DNA from: an uncultured delta proteobacterium
GTDB taxonomy: Bacteria; Desulfobacterota; RBG-13-43-22
Direction: 5' to 3'
Assembly: GCA_963843145.1 (NCBI GenBank)
Contig: CAWJJC010000002.1
Span: forward strand, 64,001 to 128,000
DNA: 64,000 bases
Part shown: one piece after another, positions 43,855 to 52,992 of the stretch
How the letters are laid out: every line of letters begins with the position of its first letter
Position numbering within the stretch: position 1 is the stretch's first letter
The notes under the pieces: model-generated
What the model was told of the DNA's origin: nothing
The model's database searches: none
What the model saw: only the letters and a program-made list of their open reading frames with translations
Made by a program: the position numbers and the translations under genes

Positions 43855-45552
43855 ATGTTTAAAAGTCGCCGCATCGGGGAACTGTTACTCCGGGAAAACA
43901 AGATCACTCCGCAACAACTGCAGGAGGCCCTGGAAGATCAGAAAAGACAGGGGGGGCAACAAAAAATCGGAGCCATCTTGGTCAAGAAAGGATTTGTCAC
44001 CGAAGAAACGCTGACTTTCTTTTTGTCCAAGCACTTTGGTCTGCCTCAGATTCAATTGGAGGGGTTGGTCTTGGATCCGGCGTTGACCGAGGTCATCCCG
44101 GCCCAGGTGGCGCGAAAATATGAAATCTTGCCGATTGGCCGGGATGGGGCCAATTTAAAAATAGCCATCTCCGATCCCTCCAACATTTTTGCCCTGGATG
44201 ACCTGAAATTTCTAACCGGAAGCAACATCCAGCTTTTTTTGGTGTCCGATCATAGTCTCAAGGAGGCCCTCGACAAATATTACACCATCACCGATACCAT
44301 CTCCGATGTCCTGGAAGACATTAAAAACCTGGAGGTGGATGTCATTAAGCCCGAAGAGGACCAGGACGATCTGAGCCTGGAAATGGCCGCCGCGGAAGCC
44401 CCGGTGGTCAAACTGGCCAATTTGATCCTCATGGACGCCATCAAACGGGGGGCCAGCGATATCCATTTTGAGACCTACGATAAGGCCTTCCGGGTTCGTT
44501 ACCGTATCGATGGCGTGCTTTATGAGGTGATGAATCCTCCCCTAAAATTGAAAAACGCGATCATCTCCCGGTTGAAAATCATGTCCAATCTCAATATCGC
44601 CGAAAGAAGGCTCCCGCAGGACGGACGACTGAAGTTGGGGTTCGGCCAGGGCAGAGAGATGGACTTCCGGGTCTCAACGCTACCGACCCTTTTTGGCGAA
44701 AAAGTGGTCCTCCGGCTGATGGATAACCGTGATTCTCGTTTCGACTTAAACCTTCTGGGATTTGAGCCGGAGGCCTTGAAAGAGTTCCAATCGGCCATTC
44801 ATAAGCCTCATGGCATGGTACTGGTCACCGGACCGACGGGCAGCGGCAAAAGCACCACCCTTTACTCGGCCCTGAGAGAATTAAACCAGACCACCCAAAA
44901 TATATCTACCGCTGAAGATCCGGTGGAAATGAATATTATGGGCATCAACCAGGTTCAGATCCACGAAGAGATAGGACTGACTTTCTCCCATACCTTAAGA
45001 TCCTTCCTCCGTCAAGACCCGGATATCATTATGGTCGGTGAAATCCGGGATCGGGATACCGCCGAGATCGCTATCAAAGCGGCCCTCACCGGGCATTTGG
45101 TTCTGAGCACCCTGCATACCAACGATGCCCCTAATACCGTGACTCGCCTTTTGGATATGGGCGTCGAGCCTTTTTTGGTGTCCTCCTCCTTGAACCTGGT
45201 GGTGGCCCAACGTTTAATTCGAACCCTCTGTACCAAATGCAAACAGCGGATCGATGCACCGGAAGAATTGTTTCGAGAATTTAATCTGGATCCCGCGAGC
45301 GTGAGCTTATTCGGAGGCGCCGGTTGTCCGGAATGCAATTTTTCAGGCTATCGGGGCCGGATTGCCATCTATGAAGTGCTGCCTTTCCGCGACGAATTGA
45401 AAGAACTGATCTTCGAACGTTCCTCGGCGGCTGAAATCCGGAAAAAGGCTCGAACCTTAGGGATGATGACCCTTCGGGAAACCGGGATCAATAAGGTGAT
45501 TGCCGGAGTGACGACCTTGGAAGAAGTATTACGAATAACCGAAAGGGAGTAG
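43855..45552 (+). CDS. pilB: Type IV pilus assembly ATPase PilB
   Basis: MshEN-like N-terminus (RIGELL), GPTGSGKST, LRQDPDIIMVGEIRD and two CxxC motifs. Confidence 0.92.
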   Translation: MFKSRRIGELLLRENKITPQQLQEALEDQKRQGGQQKIGAILVKKGFVTEETLTFFLSKHFGLPQIQLEGLVLDPALTEVIPAQVARKYEILPIGRDGANLKIAISDPSNIFALDDLKFLTGSNIQLFLVSDHSLKEALDKYYTITDTISDVLEDIKNLEVDVIKPEEDQDDLSLEMAAAEAPVVKLANLILMDAIKRGASDIHFETYDKAFRVRYRIDGVLYEVMNPPLKLKNAIISRLKIMSNLNIAERRLPQDGRLKLGFGQGREMDFRVSTLPTLFGEKVVLRLMDNRDSRFDLNLLGFEPEALKEFQSAIHKPHGMVLVTGPTGSGKSTTLYSALRELNQTTQNISTAEDPVEMNIMGINQVQIHEEIGLTFSHTLRSFLRQDPDIIMVGEIRDRDTAEIAIKAALTGHLVLSTLHTNDAPNTVTRLLDMGVEPFLVSSSLNLVVAQRLIRTLCTKCKQRIDAPEELFREFNLDPASVSLFGGAGCPECNFSGYRGRIAIYEVLPFRDELKELIFERSSAAEIRKKARTLGMMTLRETGINKVIAGVTTLEEVLRITERE

Positions 45553-45554
45553 CC

Positions 45555-46763
45555 ATGCGGACCTATAGCTGGGAAGGAAAATTGAAAACAGGAGAAGTAA
45601 AAAAGGGCGAGCTGGTGGCCGAAACCATTTCCATTGCCCGCATTCAATTGCGCAAGCTGCGTATCACCCCCATTCGGATTCGGGAGAAAAAAGACCAAAC
45701 AAAGGCCGGCTTTTCCATCCGCCGTCGAATTCCCGAAAAGAACATCGTCGTCTTCACCCGCCAGTTTGCCACGATGATTAATGCCGGCCTGCCTTTGGTC
45801 CAATGTTTAAGCATCCTGGCCTCCCAGGAGGAAAACCCGGCCTTTTTAAAGGTCATCTCTCAGGTGAAAGGCGATGTGGAAAGCGGGCAGTCGTTGGCCG
45901 ACGCCCTCAAGAAATTCCCAAAGGTTTTCAATGACTTGTATGTTAATCTGGTGGAGGCCGGGGAAGCAGGTGGAATCTTGGATGTTATTCTCAATCGACT
46001 CTCTGAGTATATTGAGAAGGTGCAAAAGTTGAAAAAAAAGGTCAAGGGGGCGATGGTTTATCCGGCCGTCGTGGTGAGCGTGGCCGTTCTGGTCGTGACC
46101 GTCATCTTAATTTTTGTCATTCCGGTTTTTGAAAAAATGTTCTCCGAGTCCGGCCAGGCCCTCCCGCTTCCAACTCAGATAGTCATTGAACTGAGCCGGT
46201 TCGTCAAAAAGAACATTCTCTTCCTGGGCGTCGGGTTCGGATTTATCCTCTTCCTGCTCAAAAAATTTCATCGAACCTCGGCCGGAAAATACCTGATGGA
46301 CGATTTCTCTCTGCGCATGCCGATTTTCGGGCCTCTGCTGCGCAAGGTGGCCGTTGCCAAATTTGCCCGGACCTTCGGGACCATGGTCAGCAGCGGTGTG
46401 CCCATCCTGGAGGCGTTGGAAATCGTCGCCCGCTCGGCGGGAAACAAGGTCATTGAGAAGGCAATTATCAAAGCCCGCGGCAGCATCAGTCAGGGGAAAA
46501 CCATTGCCGAGCCGTTGACCGAAAGCAAGGTTTTTCCGCCCATGGTTACCCAGATGATTCAGGTGGGGGAATCCTCGGGCGAACTGGATACCATGCTCGG
46601 AAAGATCGCTGACTTTTACGATGATGAAGTCGACGCGGCCGTGAGCACCTTGACCGCCATGCTGGAACCTCTAATGATGGTTCTTCTGGGAGGACTGGTT
46701 GGCGGTTTAGTGGTGGCTATGTATCTGCCCATCTTTAAAATGGCGGCGGTCATTTCCGGATAA
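45555..46763 (+). CDS. pilC: Type IV pilus platform protein PilC (T2SS F family)
   Basis: FTRQFATMINAGLP, AGE.GG.LD and GESSGELD motifs. Confidence 0.93.
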   Translation: MRTYSWEGKLKTGEVKKGELVAETISIARIQLRKLRITPIRIREKKDQTKAGFSIRRRIPEKNIVVFTRQFATMINAGLPLVQCLSILASQEENPAFLKVISQVKGDVESGQSLADALKKFPKVFNDLYVNLVEAGEAGGILDVILNRLSEYIEKVQKLKKKVKGAMVYPAVVVSVAVLVVTVILIFVIPVFEKMFSESGQALPLPTQIVIELSRFVKKNILFLGVGFGFILFLLKKFHRTSAGKYLMDDFSLRMPIFGPLLRKVAVAKFARTFGTMVSSGVPILEALEIVARSAGNKVIEKAIIKARGSISQGKTIAEPLTESKVFPPMVTQMIQVGESSGELDTMLGKIADFYDDEVDAAVSTLTAMLEPLMMVLLGGLVGGLVVAMYLPIFKMAAVISG

Positions 46764-46766
46764 GAA

Positions 46767-48464
46767 ATGGAAGGGGATTCCTCTCTGCATCAATGGCTAC
46801 AGGCTAAGTCGGACCTGCTCAGGAAAACCCAATGGCTGATCCTTTGGCGGTTGGTCTTCAGCTCCTTCATGCTGCTGTTGACCATTTTTTTTCATGAAAA
46901 AAAAGACTTCCCCGGAGCTTTCCCCCCGGGACCGCTTTACTTCTTAATCGCCCTGCAATTCTGTTTTTCCCTGGTCTATATCCTGGCCCTGCTCCGTCTC
47001 CAGGCCGTAAAACCCATTGCCGTAGCGCAGTTGTTAATCGACGGATTAATCGTCTCGGGCGTGGTGCTGGTCACCGGAGGCCTGGAAAGCCTTTGGTTCT
47101 ACCTCTATTTTTTCGTGATTTTAACCTCCGGGATCCTCTTTTATCGCCGGGGAGGCGCTCTGATGGCCGCGTACCTCAGTTTATTGTACGGGCTCCTGCT
47201 TCTTTTCCAGTACCAGGGCATCCTGGCCGAATATCTGCCCGGGTATGAAGGGTTATCCTCCTACCGCTGGGGAACTTTTGTTTATCGGTATGGAATGGCC
47301 ACCGCCGGTTTCTTTTTGGTCGGCTATTTGGGCAGTTTTTTCCCGGAGCAATCCTATCGCCAACGAATCGAGTTGGTTGCTCAACGTAAAAATATCGATC
47401 GGTTGGCGGAGTTTAACCACCTGATCCTTCACCATTTGGATATGGGCTTGATCACCTTGGATTCCGGGGAGCACATCCTGAGCATCAATCCGGCCGGGGA
47501 GGCGATTCTGGGGCAAGACACTTCCCGATTAAAAGCTCAACCGGTGCTGGAAATCCTCCCCGGACTTCAGCATATTCCCGGATGGCCTAATCTGCTCCAG
47601 GGGGAACGATTTGAAGTAGACTACCAGCACCCTGACGGCCAGACCCTCTATCTTGGTTTTTCGCTGACCTATCCCAGAGAAGGACAATCCACCGGCCTGG
47701 AAAAAATTATCACTTTTAAAGATTTGACCCAAATTCACGAGATGGAAGATCATCTCCGCCAAATGGACCGGTTGGCCATGATGGGGCAGATGGCCGCCGG
47801 GATCGTCCATGAGATTAAAAACCCGCTGGCCTCGATCAGCGGATCCATTCAAATGATCCGAGAGGAACTGAAAGAGGACGGGCCGGGTGACCGACTAATC
47901 AATCTGGTCTCCCGGGAAGTCGAGAAACTGGATGCCTTGCTCAATGATTTTATCACCTTTGCCCGCCCCTCTCAAACTTCCGAAAAAGGAGTGGATTTAG
48001 ATGAAGTGATCCCTGGAACGATTGAAATGATCCAGAAAAACAAAGGGGTGGCCGGGACGATTCAGTGGGAGCTCAATCTGGAACCGAACCTGGTTTTGAA
48101 AATCCCGCCCAATGAACTTTCCCAAATACTCTGGAATCTGCTGACCAATGCCCTTCAGGCGGTTTCGGAAGGGGGGCATATTCGACTGGTCGGACGACGG
48201 CTCAAGGAAGGCCGTTTTCGGGACGGGGTGGAGATCCGGATAAGGGATGACGGCCCCGGTATCACGGAGGATCAAGGCAAACGAATTTTTGAACCTTTTT
48301 TCACCACCAAAGAAAAAGGCCTGGGCTTGGGATTAAGTATTGTTCAAAAACTGGTTTCCCAGCATCAGGGAATCATCAAAGTGAGTAGTCCCGTGGAAGG
48401 AGGGACCGAATTTATCCTGATTTTTCCCCCTGGGCAGGAAAAAGCGTTGACATTGTCCGAATAA
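46767..48464 (+). CDS. pilS: PilS-like sensor histidine kinase
   Basis: Multi-TM N-terminus, PAS-like region, HEIKNPL, N/G1/F/G2 boxes; follows pilC. Confidence 0.8.
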   Translation: MEGDSSLHQWLQAKSDLLRKTQWLILWRLVFSSFMLLLTIFFHEKKDFPGAFPPGPLYFLIALQFCFSLVYILALLRLQAVKPIAVAQLLIDGLIVSGVVLVTGGLESLWFYLYFFVILTSGILFYRRGGALMAAYLSLLYGLLLLFQYQGILAEYLPGYEGLSSYRWGTFVYRYGMATAGFFLVGYLGSFFPEQSYRQRIELVAQRKNIDRLAEFNHLILHHLDMGLITLDSGEHILSINPAGEAILGQDTSRLKAQPVLEILPGLQHIPGWPNLLQGERFEVDYQHPDGQTLYLGFSLTYPREGQSTGLEKIITFKDLTQIHEMEDHLRQMDRLAMMGQMAAGIVHEIKNPLASISGSIQMIREELKEDGPGDRLINLVSREVEKLDALLNDFITFARPSQTSEKGVDLDEVIPGTIEMIQKNKGVAGTIQWELNLEPNLVLKIPPNELSQILWNLLTNALQAVSEGGHIRLVGRRLKEGRFRDGVEIRIRDDGPGITEDQGKRIFEPFFTTKEKGLGLGLSIVQKLVSQHQGIIKVSSPVEGGTEFILIFPPGQEKALTLSE

Positions 48465-48493
48465 CTGCGTTATGGGAGAAGTTGAGAAAAGGG

Positions 48494-48525
48494 GATTGCT
48501 TCGTCGCTTCGCTCCTCGCAATGAC
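48494..48525. repeat. REP-like palindromic unit
   Basis: GATTGCTTCGTCGCTTCGCTCCTCGCAATGAC; shares the AATGAC end with the unit at 2488-2564. Confidence 0.6.
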
Positions 48526-48585
48526 AGTCCGAGGGGGGATTGGCGTGGAACTATCGGTTTTGAACTTTTGGGAAGGATAACCCTG

Positions 48586-49380
48586 ATGACCGGGCCTGAA
48601 AATTTTTTCAATACCTCCGAATGGGCCTTTCAAGATCTGCTGGCCGGAGTGGACCACGTTTGGGAAGTCCTGCCGAAGATCAAAAATTATATCCGAGAAA
48701 CAATCCATCCCAATCTGAAACCGCTTTTCCAAAAAGGCCCCTTCCTGGCCAAAACCGTAGTCCTCTATCAGGGGGATTTATTGGAAGATGGATTTACGCT
48801 GCTCCCCGGCGATGCCACCAAAGGCAATTTTCAGGTCAAATTTGGAGGGATGATACTAGCCGGGGCCACGGTCATTTACGGAGGCGTAACCCTGGCTGGG
48901 GAAGAAATCTCCATCGGAGAAGGGTCCGTGGTGGAATCCGGGGCCTTTATTCAGGGCCCGACCTTGATCGGCCGGCAAACGGAGGTACGGCAGGGGGCCT
49001 ATATCCGCGGGGCCTGCTTAATCGGAGACCGCTGTGTCGTGGGCCACGTCACCGAAATGAAAAATTCGGTTATGCTGGACGGGGCCAAGGCCGGGCATTT
49101 TGCCTATATTGGGGACAGCATTCTGGGAAAGCAGTGCAATCTGGGCGCCGGGACCAAATGTGCCAATTTAAAAATGGTCAAAACCCCCATCACGATAAGG
49201 TGCGACCAAAAGATCTATGAGACGGGGCTGAGGAAATTCGGTGTGGTTATGGGCGACCGGACAGAGACCGGTTGCAACGCCGTGACCAGCCCGGGGACGC
49301 TGCTCGGACCCGGATGTCTGGTGGCCCCCAACGTGACGGTCAAAGGCGGCTACTACCCTCCCAAATCCGTTATTCGCTGA
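48586..49380 (+). CDS. Hexapeptide-repeat (LbH) acetyltransferase, GlmU C-terminal-like
   Basis: EVRQGAYIRG, EMKNS and HFAYIGDSILG..CNLGAGT motifs. Confidence 0.85.
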   Translation: MTGPENFFNTSEWAFQDLLAGVDHVWEVLPKIKNYIRETIHPNLKPLFQKGPFLAKTVVLYQGDLLEDGFTLLPGDATKGNFQVKFGGMILAGATVIYGGVTLAGEEISIGEGSVVESGAFIQGPTLIGRQTEVRQGAYIRGACLIGDRCVVGHVTEMKNSVMLDGAKAGHFAYIGDSILGKQCNLGAGTKCANLKMVKTPITIRCDQKIYETGLRKFGVVMGDRTETGCNAVTSPGTLLGPGCLVAPNVTVKGGYYPPKSVIR

Positions 49381-49391
49381 GGTTTTCCGGT

Positions 49392-50171
49392 ATGGGTGGA
49401 GCGTGCATTGCTTTCAGTCATCGTTTTAAAGCCTGTCCCGACGTAGTCTTTATTCCCCCCCGTCCCAATTTTTCGGACTTTTCCCCGCGAGAAAAAGACC
49501 TGATCCGAACCGCAGAGAAGATTTATTATCCGAACCCGCTCTATGTGGACGTCTTTCTGACCCTGGGGAAATTGATTTTTCCCAGCCGGGAGACGTACGT
49601 TTATTCGGGGGATAAAATCAAACAGACCGTCCTTTTTCAACTCTTACGGATTCCCCATCCTCAAACCCGATTTTATTTTGGACGTCAAAAAGACCGGATC
49701 CCCGGAGAATTCCCCTTTCCTTTTATCGCTAAGATCCCTCGGGGGTCTTCCATGGGGGAGGGGGTTTATTTGATCACTAATGAAACCGAATTAGGGCACT
49801 ATAAGGACCGAAACCCGGTGGCCTATATCCAGGAATACCTTCCTCTGGAAAGAGACCTGCGGGTTGTTCTGATCAATCACCAGGTGATCCTGGCCTATTG
49901 GAAGAAAGGCCGGCCGGGTGAATTTCGCCACAACCTGGCCCAGGGAGGCGAGCTGGATTTTGAGGAGATTCCTGGCGAGGCCTTGCGATTCGCCCAAGAG
50001 GTTACCCGGGCTTGCAATTTTAATGACGTGGGTTTGGATTTATGCCATACTGAAAAAGACGGCTGGATGGTCATGGAAGCCAATATGAACTACGGCCGGC
50101 AGGGCTTGGCCAGCCGGGGATTCATACTGTCGGAGGTCTACCGCTCTCTGGTGGAGAAAGGCGCTATCTAA
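49392..50171 (+). CDS. RimK-family ATP-grasp ligase
   Basis: FPFIAKIP.GSSMG.GV, YIQEYL..ERDLRV, FRHNLAQGG and EAN motifs. Confidence 0.85.
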   Translation: MGGACIAFSHRFKACPDVVFIPPRPNFSDFSPREKDLIRTAEKIYYPNPLYVDVFLTLGKLIFPSRETYVYSGDKIKQTVLFQLLRIPHPQTRFYFGRQKDRIPGEFPFPFIAKIPRGSSMGEGVYLITNETELGHYKDRNPVAYIQEYLPLERDLRVVLINHQVILAYWKKGRPGEFRHNLAQGGELDFEEIPGEALRFAQEVTRACNFNDVGLDLCHTEKDGWMVMEANMNYGRQGLASRGFILSEVYRSLVEKGAI

Positions 50172-50182
50172 TTGAAGATCTT

Positions 50183-50272
50183 TAAATCCGAAATTCGAAG
50201 CACGAAATCCGAAACAAGCACGTCGGATTTCGAAATTCGGATTTCGAATTTGGACCAATAGTATTGGTTAGA
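50183..50272. repeat. Inverted heptamer-repeat array with trailing hairpin (same family as 20161)
   Basis: aaatccgaaattcgaagcacgaaatccgaaac ... tcggatttcgaaattcggatttcgaattt, then ACCAATA-G-TATTGGTTAGAT. Confidence 0.8.
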
Positions 50273-50276
50273 TTTT

Positions 50277-50699
50277 ATGATCGCCATCGACTTGAAATGT
50301 TCTCAAGACCACTGCTTTGAGGGCTGGTTTGCCGGTCTTGAGGTCTTTTATCAGCAGCAGAAGGACGGGGAAATTCAATGCCCCATTTGTGACGACCATC
50401 AAATTTCCCGGATCCTCTCCCCGGTAGCCATTCGCCGGCATGGGGCTGCGCCGCCCCAAACCGTTCCGGAAGCTAAGCCGGGAGCCGCTCTGACCAAGCA
50501 ATGGCAGGAGCTGAAAACGTACCTCCAAGAGCATTTCGAGGAGGTGGGAACGGATTTTGCCAAAGAAGCGTTGAAAATGCACTACGGGGCCACGGAAAAA
50601 CGAAATATCAAGGGATCCTCCACGGCCCAGGAGGAAGAAGTCCTTCAAAAAGAAGGGGTAGAATTCTTCAAAATCCCGATGCTCAAAGAAGGGAACTGA
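50277..50699 (+). CDS. DUF1178 family protein
   Basis: DLKC...H.FEGWF, CPIC and VG.DFAKEALKMHYG motifs. Confidence 0.88.
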   Translation: MIAIDLKCSQDHCFEGWFAGLEVFYQQQKDGEIQCPICDDHQISRILSPVAIRRHGAAPPQTVPEAKPGAALTKQWQELKTYLQEHFEEVGTDFAKEALKMHYGATEKRNIKGSSTAQEEEVLQKEGVEFFKIPMLKEGN

Positions 50700-50879
50700 C
50701 CTTTATCTTTGCATAAAAATTTGGCGAAAGGCATGGATAAATTTATTTTTACCCTTCGGGAAAGCCGGGGAGGCCTCATCTCCTTTGTTCTCCAGGGCTT
50801 GCAGTATAAGGTATACCACTTCGCCCTGGACGCCTCGGATCTGCGGCCTCCGCGACTTTTGCAAAAATAAGGTCCGCGG

Positions 50880-51569
50880 ATGGCCCTTAGCCGGCCGAAG
50901 CAAATTCAAATTTCCCTGGCGGCCAATTTGGCCTACGGCCTCTGTAAACTCTGGTTTTCCACCTGCCGCGTTAAAATTCTCCAGCCGGAAATCCATCAAC
51001 AATGGGCGTTAGGACCTCGGCCCTACATCGGCGCCACCTGGCACCGAGGGGCCATCTTCTATTGCTATTACTACGGCCCGCAGCATCACCAGGTCATGTT
51101 CAGCCAGAGCGAGGATGGAGAATATTTGGCCCGCTTCGCCCAAAAATGCGGCATGATACCGGTGCGGGGCTCTTCCACCCGGGGCGGGGAGCGGGCGCTG
51201 GTCCAAATGATCCGGCACCTGCGCCAGGGTCGGGGGCACTGCGCCACGGTCCTGGATGGGCCCCAGGGGCCGCGCTTCGTCGCCAAAAAAGGGTTGCTGG
51301 TCCTGGCCAAAAATACCGGGGCCCCGCTTCTGCCGGGTAACTGGTCCGCTTCCCGGGCCATCACCCTGGAAAGAACCTGGGACCGGACCATGGTCCCGGC
51401 CCCTTTCAGCCGGATCGCCATCGCCTACGGAGAGCCCCTGTTCATCCCCCGGGATTGCTCCGAGGATGATCTGGAGGGTTTCCGTCTGGAACTCGAAACC
51501 CGTATGAATAATGCGATGCGGGAAGCGGATGATCATTGCGGGTACAGGACCCGCTGGCTGAATTCTTAG
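50880..51569 (+). CDS. DUF374 / lysophospholipid acyltransferase family protein
   Basis: WH, S.SEDGE, VRGSSTRGG, DGPQGP, WDR and P.PFS motifs. Confidence 0.85.
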   Translation: MALSRPKQIQISLAANLAYGLCKLWFSTCRVKILQPEIHQQWALGPRPYIGATWHRGAIFYCYYYGPQHHQVMFSQSEDGEYLARFAQKCGMIPVRGSSTRGGERALVQMIRHLRQGRGHCATVLDGPQGPRFVAKKGLLVLAKNTGAPLLPGNWSASRAITLERTWDRTMVPAPFSRIAIAYGEPLFIPRDCSEDDLEGFRLELETRMNNAMREADDHCGYRTRWLNS

Positions 51570-51894
51570 GGTTGCGTTTAGGGCTGTCTCCACCATTCCT
51601 GGGAACCGTGATTTATTATCGCCGCCATTTTCAACCGAGGGATATCATCACCCGTGTTGAAACTTGCTTCCTGTAATCGTTTAAGTTGCCAATTCATAGA
51701 AATGAAAGAGTACAAACGCAAATCGTTGAAAGATGCCCCCCAGTAAGGGTTCCCGCCATAGCGAAAAATCTCCCTATTTATTATTCTCGAAACCTTGAAT
51801 AATGGGGGCCATTCAAAGGCCAGATCAATAAGGTAACCTGTCTTCCAGCAACGCCAATTTGGCTTAAAGGGGAGCCAGCAAATAGAGGAAATTA

Positions 51895-51931
51895 GGAAAC
51901 CCCGTTTCTCAAGCGAGAGAGGGGGTTTTTG
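51895..51931 (+). terminator. Leader hairpin plus T-tract upstream of a cargo gene (copy 1)
   Basis: GGAAACCCCGTTTCTCAAGCGAGAGAGGGGGTTTTTG. Confidence 0.6.
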
Positions 51932-52017
51932 ATTTTTCCCCTGATACAACAACGAAGGAAGCGAGTCCCTTTCTACGGAGATTCCTGGGCATTAAACAAC
52001 AAAAAAGGAGGTTCGCA

Positions 52018-52842
52018 ATGCGTAGCAGAGAACTATTGGCAGGATTCGTAATGGGCATTGTAATGGGGGTACTGTTTTCGGCGGCTGTGGTGCTGGCCGG
52101 GGGCCTGGAGCCGAGCGGAGGGCCGACTGCTGGCAGTTCGCAGATGTACACCCTGAATCAGATCTATAACCGGATCAACAACGGCACAGCCGCCACCAAG
52201 ATGACCACGTTCACGGAGCCGAGCAGCGGGCCAGCGGCCGGGACCATGCACACGTTGGATGAGATCTACAACCTGGTGGGGTTACGCGCCCCAGTTCCCA
52301 AGACCGGGCAGACCAAAACGGTGCCCTTCGCCGCCCCCTCCGGGTCCGACGGCGACCTGCAGAAGGGGGTAGCCCGGCCGAACCCTCGATTTACGGATAA
52401 CAACAACGGGACGGTGATGGACAATCTGACTGGGCTGATCTGGCTGACGAACGCCAACTGCGCCAACGCCACCAGAGACTGGCTGACCGCCTTGAGCGAT
52501 GTGGTGATGCTTAATACCGCCGGCACAATGAACGGAATAAACTGCGGCGATATCAGCAACGGCGGCAGTCATCAAATCGACTGGCGCCTGCCCAATGTCA
52601 AGGAGCTTCAGAGTCTGATCGATTATGCCTTTTACAACCCTGCTTTATCGAATACGGCCGGGACCGCGCAGTGGAAGGCGGGTGATCCGTTCACCGGCGT
52701 CCAGTCGGCTTACTACTGGTCGAGCTCTACGTACGCGGGCGATACGGGCGTCGCGTGGTACGTGGCCCTGGTCAATGGCCTTGTGGGTGGCGACGTTAAG
52801 TCGAACGCGCTCTACGTTTGGCCCGTCCGTGGTGGACAATGA
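52018..52842 (+). CDS. Secreted DUF1566 (Lcl C-terminal, CLec-like) domain protein; probable DGR target
   Basis: Signal peptide; VPKTGQ, RFTDNNNGTV.DNLTGLIW, DWRLPNVKELQSL and YYWSSS...AW.V...YVWPVRGG motifs. Confidence 0.9.
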   Translation: MRSRELLAGFVMGIVMGVLFSAAVVLAGGLEPSGGPTAGSSQMYTLNQIYNRINNGTAATKMTTFTEPSSGPAAGTMHTLDEIYNLVGLRAPVPKTGQTKTVPFAAPSGSDGDLQKGVARPNPRFTDNNNGTVMDNLTGLIWLTNANCANATRDWLTALSDVVMLNTAGTMNGINCGDISNGGSHQIDWRLPNVKELQSLIDYAFYNPALSNTAGTAQWKAGDPFTGVQSAYYWSSSTYAGDTGVAWYVALVNGLVGGDVKSNALYVWPVRGGQ

Positions 52843-52992
52843 AGATCATTGGGGTTTTTGATTCTTTGGGTTATTTGATCTTCTATGGGGGTGCAGGGGG
52901 CTATGCCCCCGCGGAGCGGAAATTTTTGAGGTTCCGGGATGGTGTTCTCAAAAAAGTTAGCTGATCAGTATCGCAGCAAGGGAGGGATTTAG

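Noticed and set aside
51578-51952. Minus-strand 124-aa ORF, and similar ORFs at 54716-55057 and 63311-63526 sharing QEA
   Set aside because: The shared residues are just the translation of the conserved GCTTCCTG DNA site; there is no RBS or domain support.
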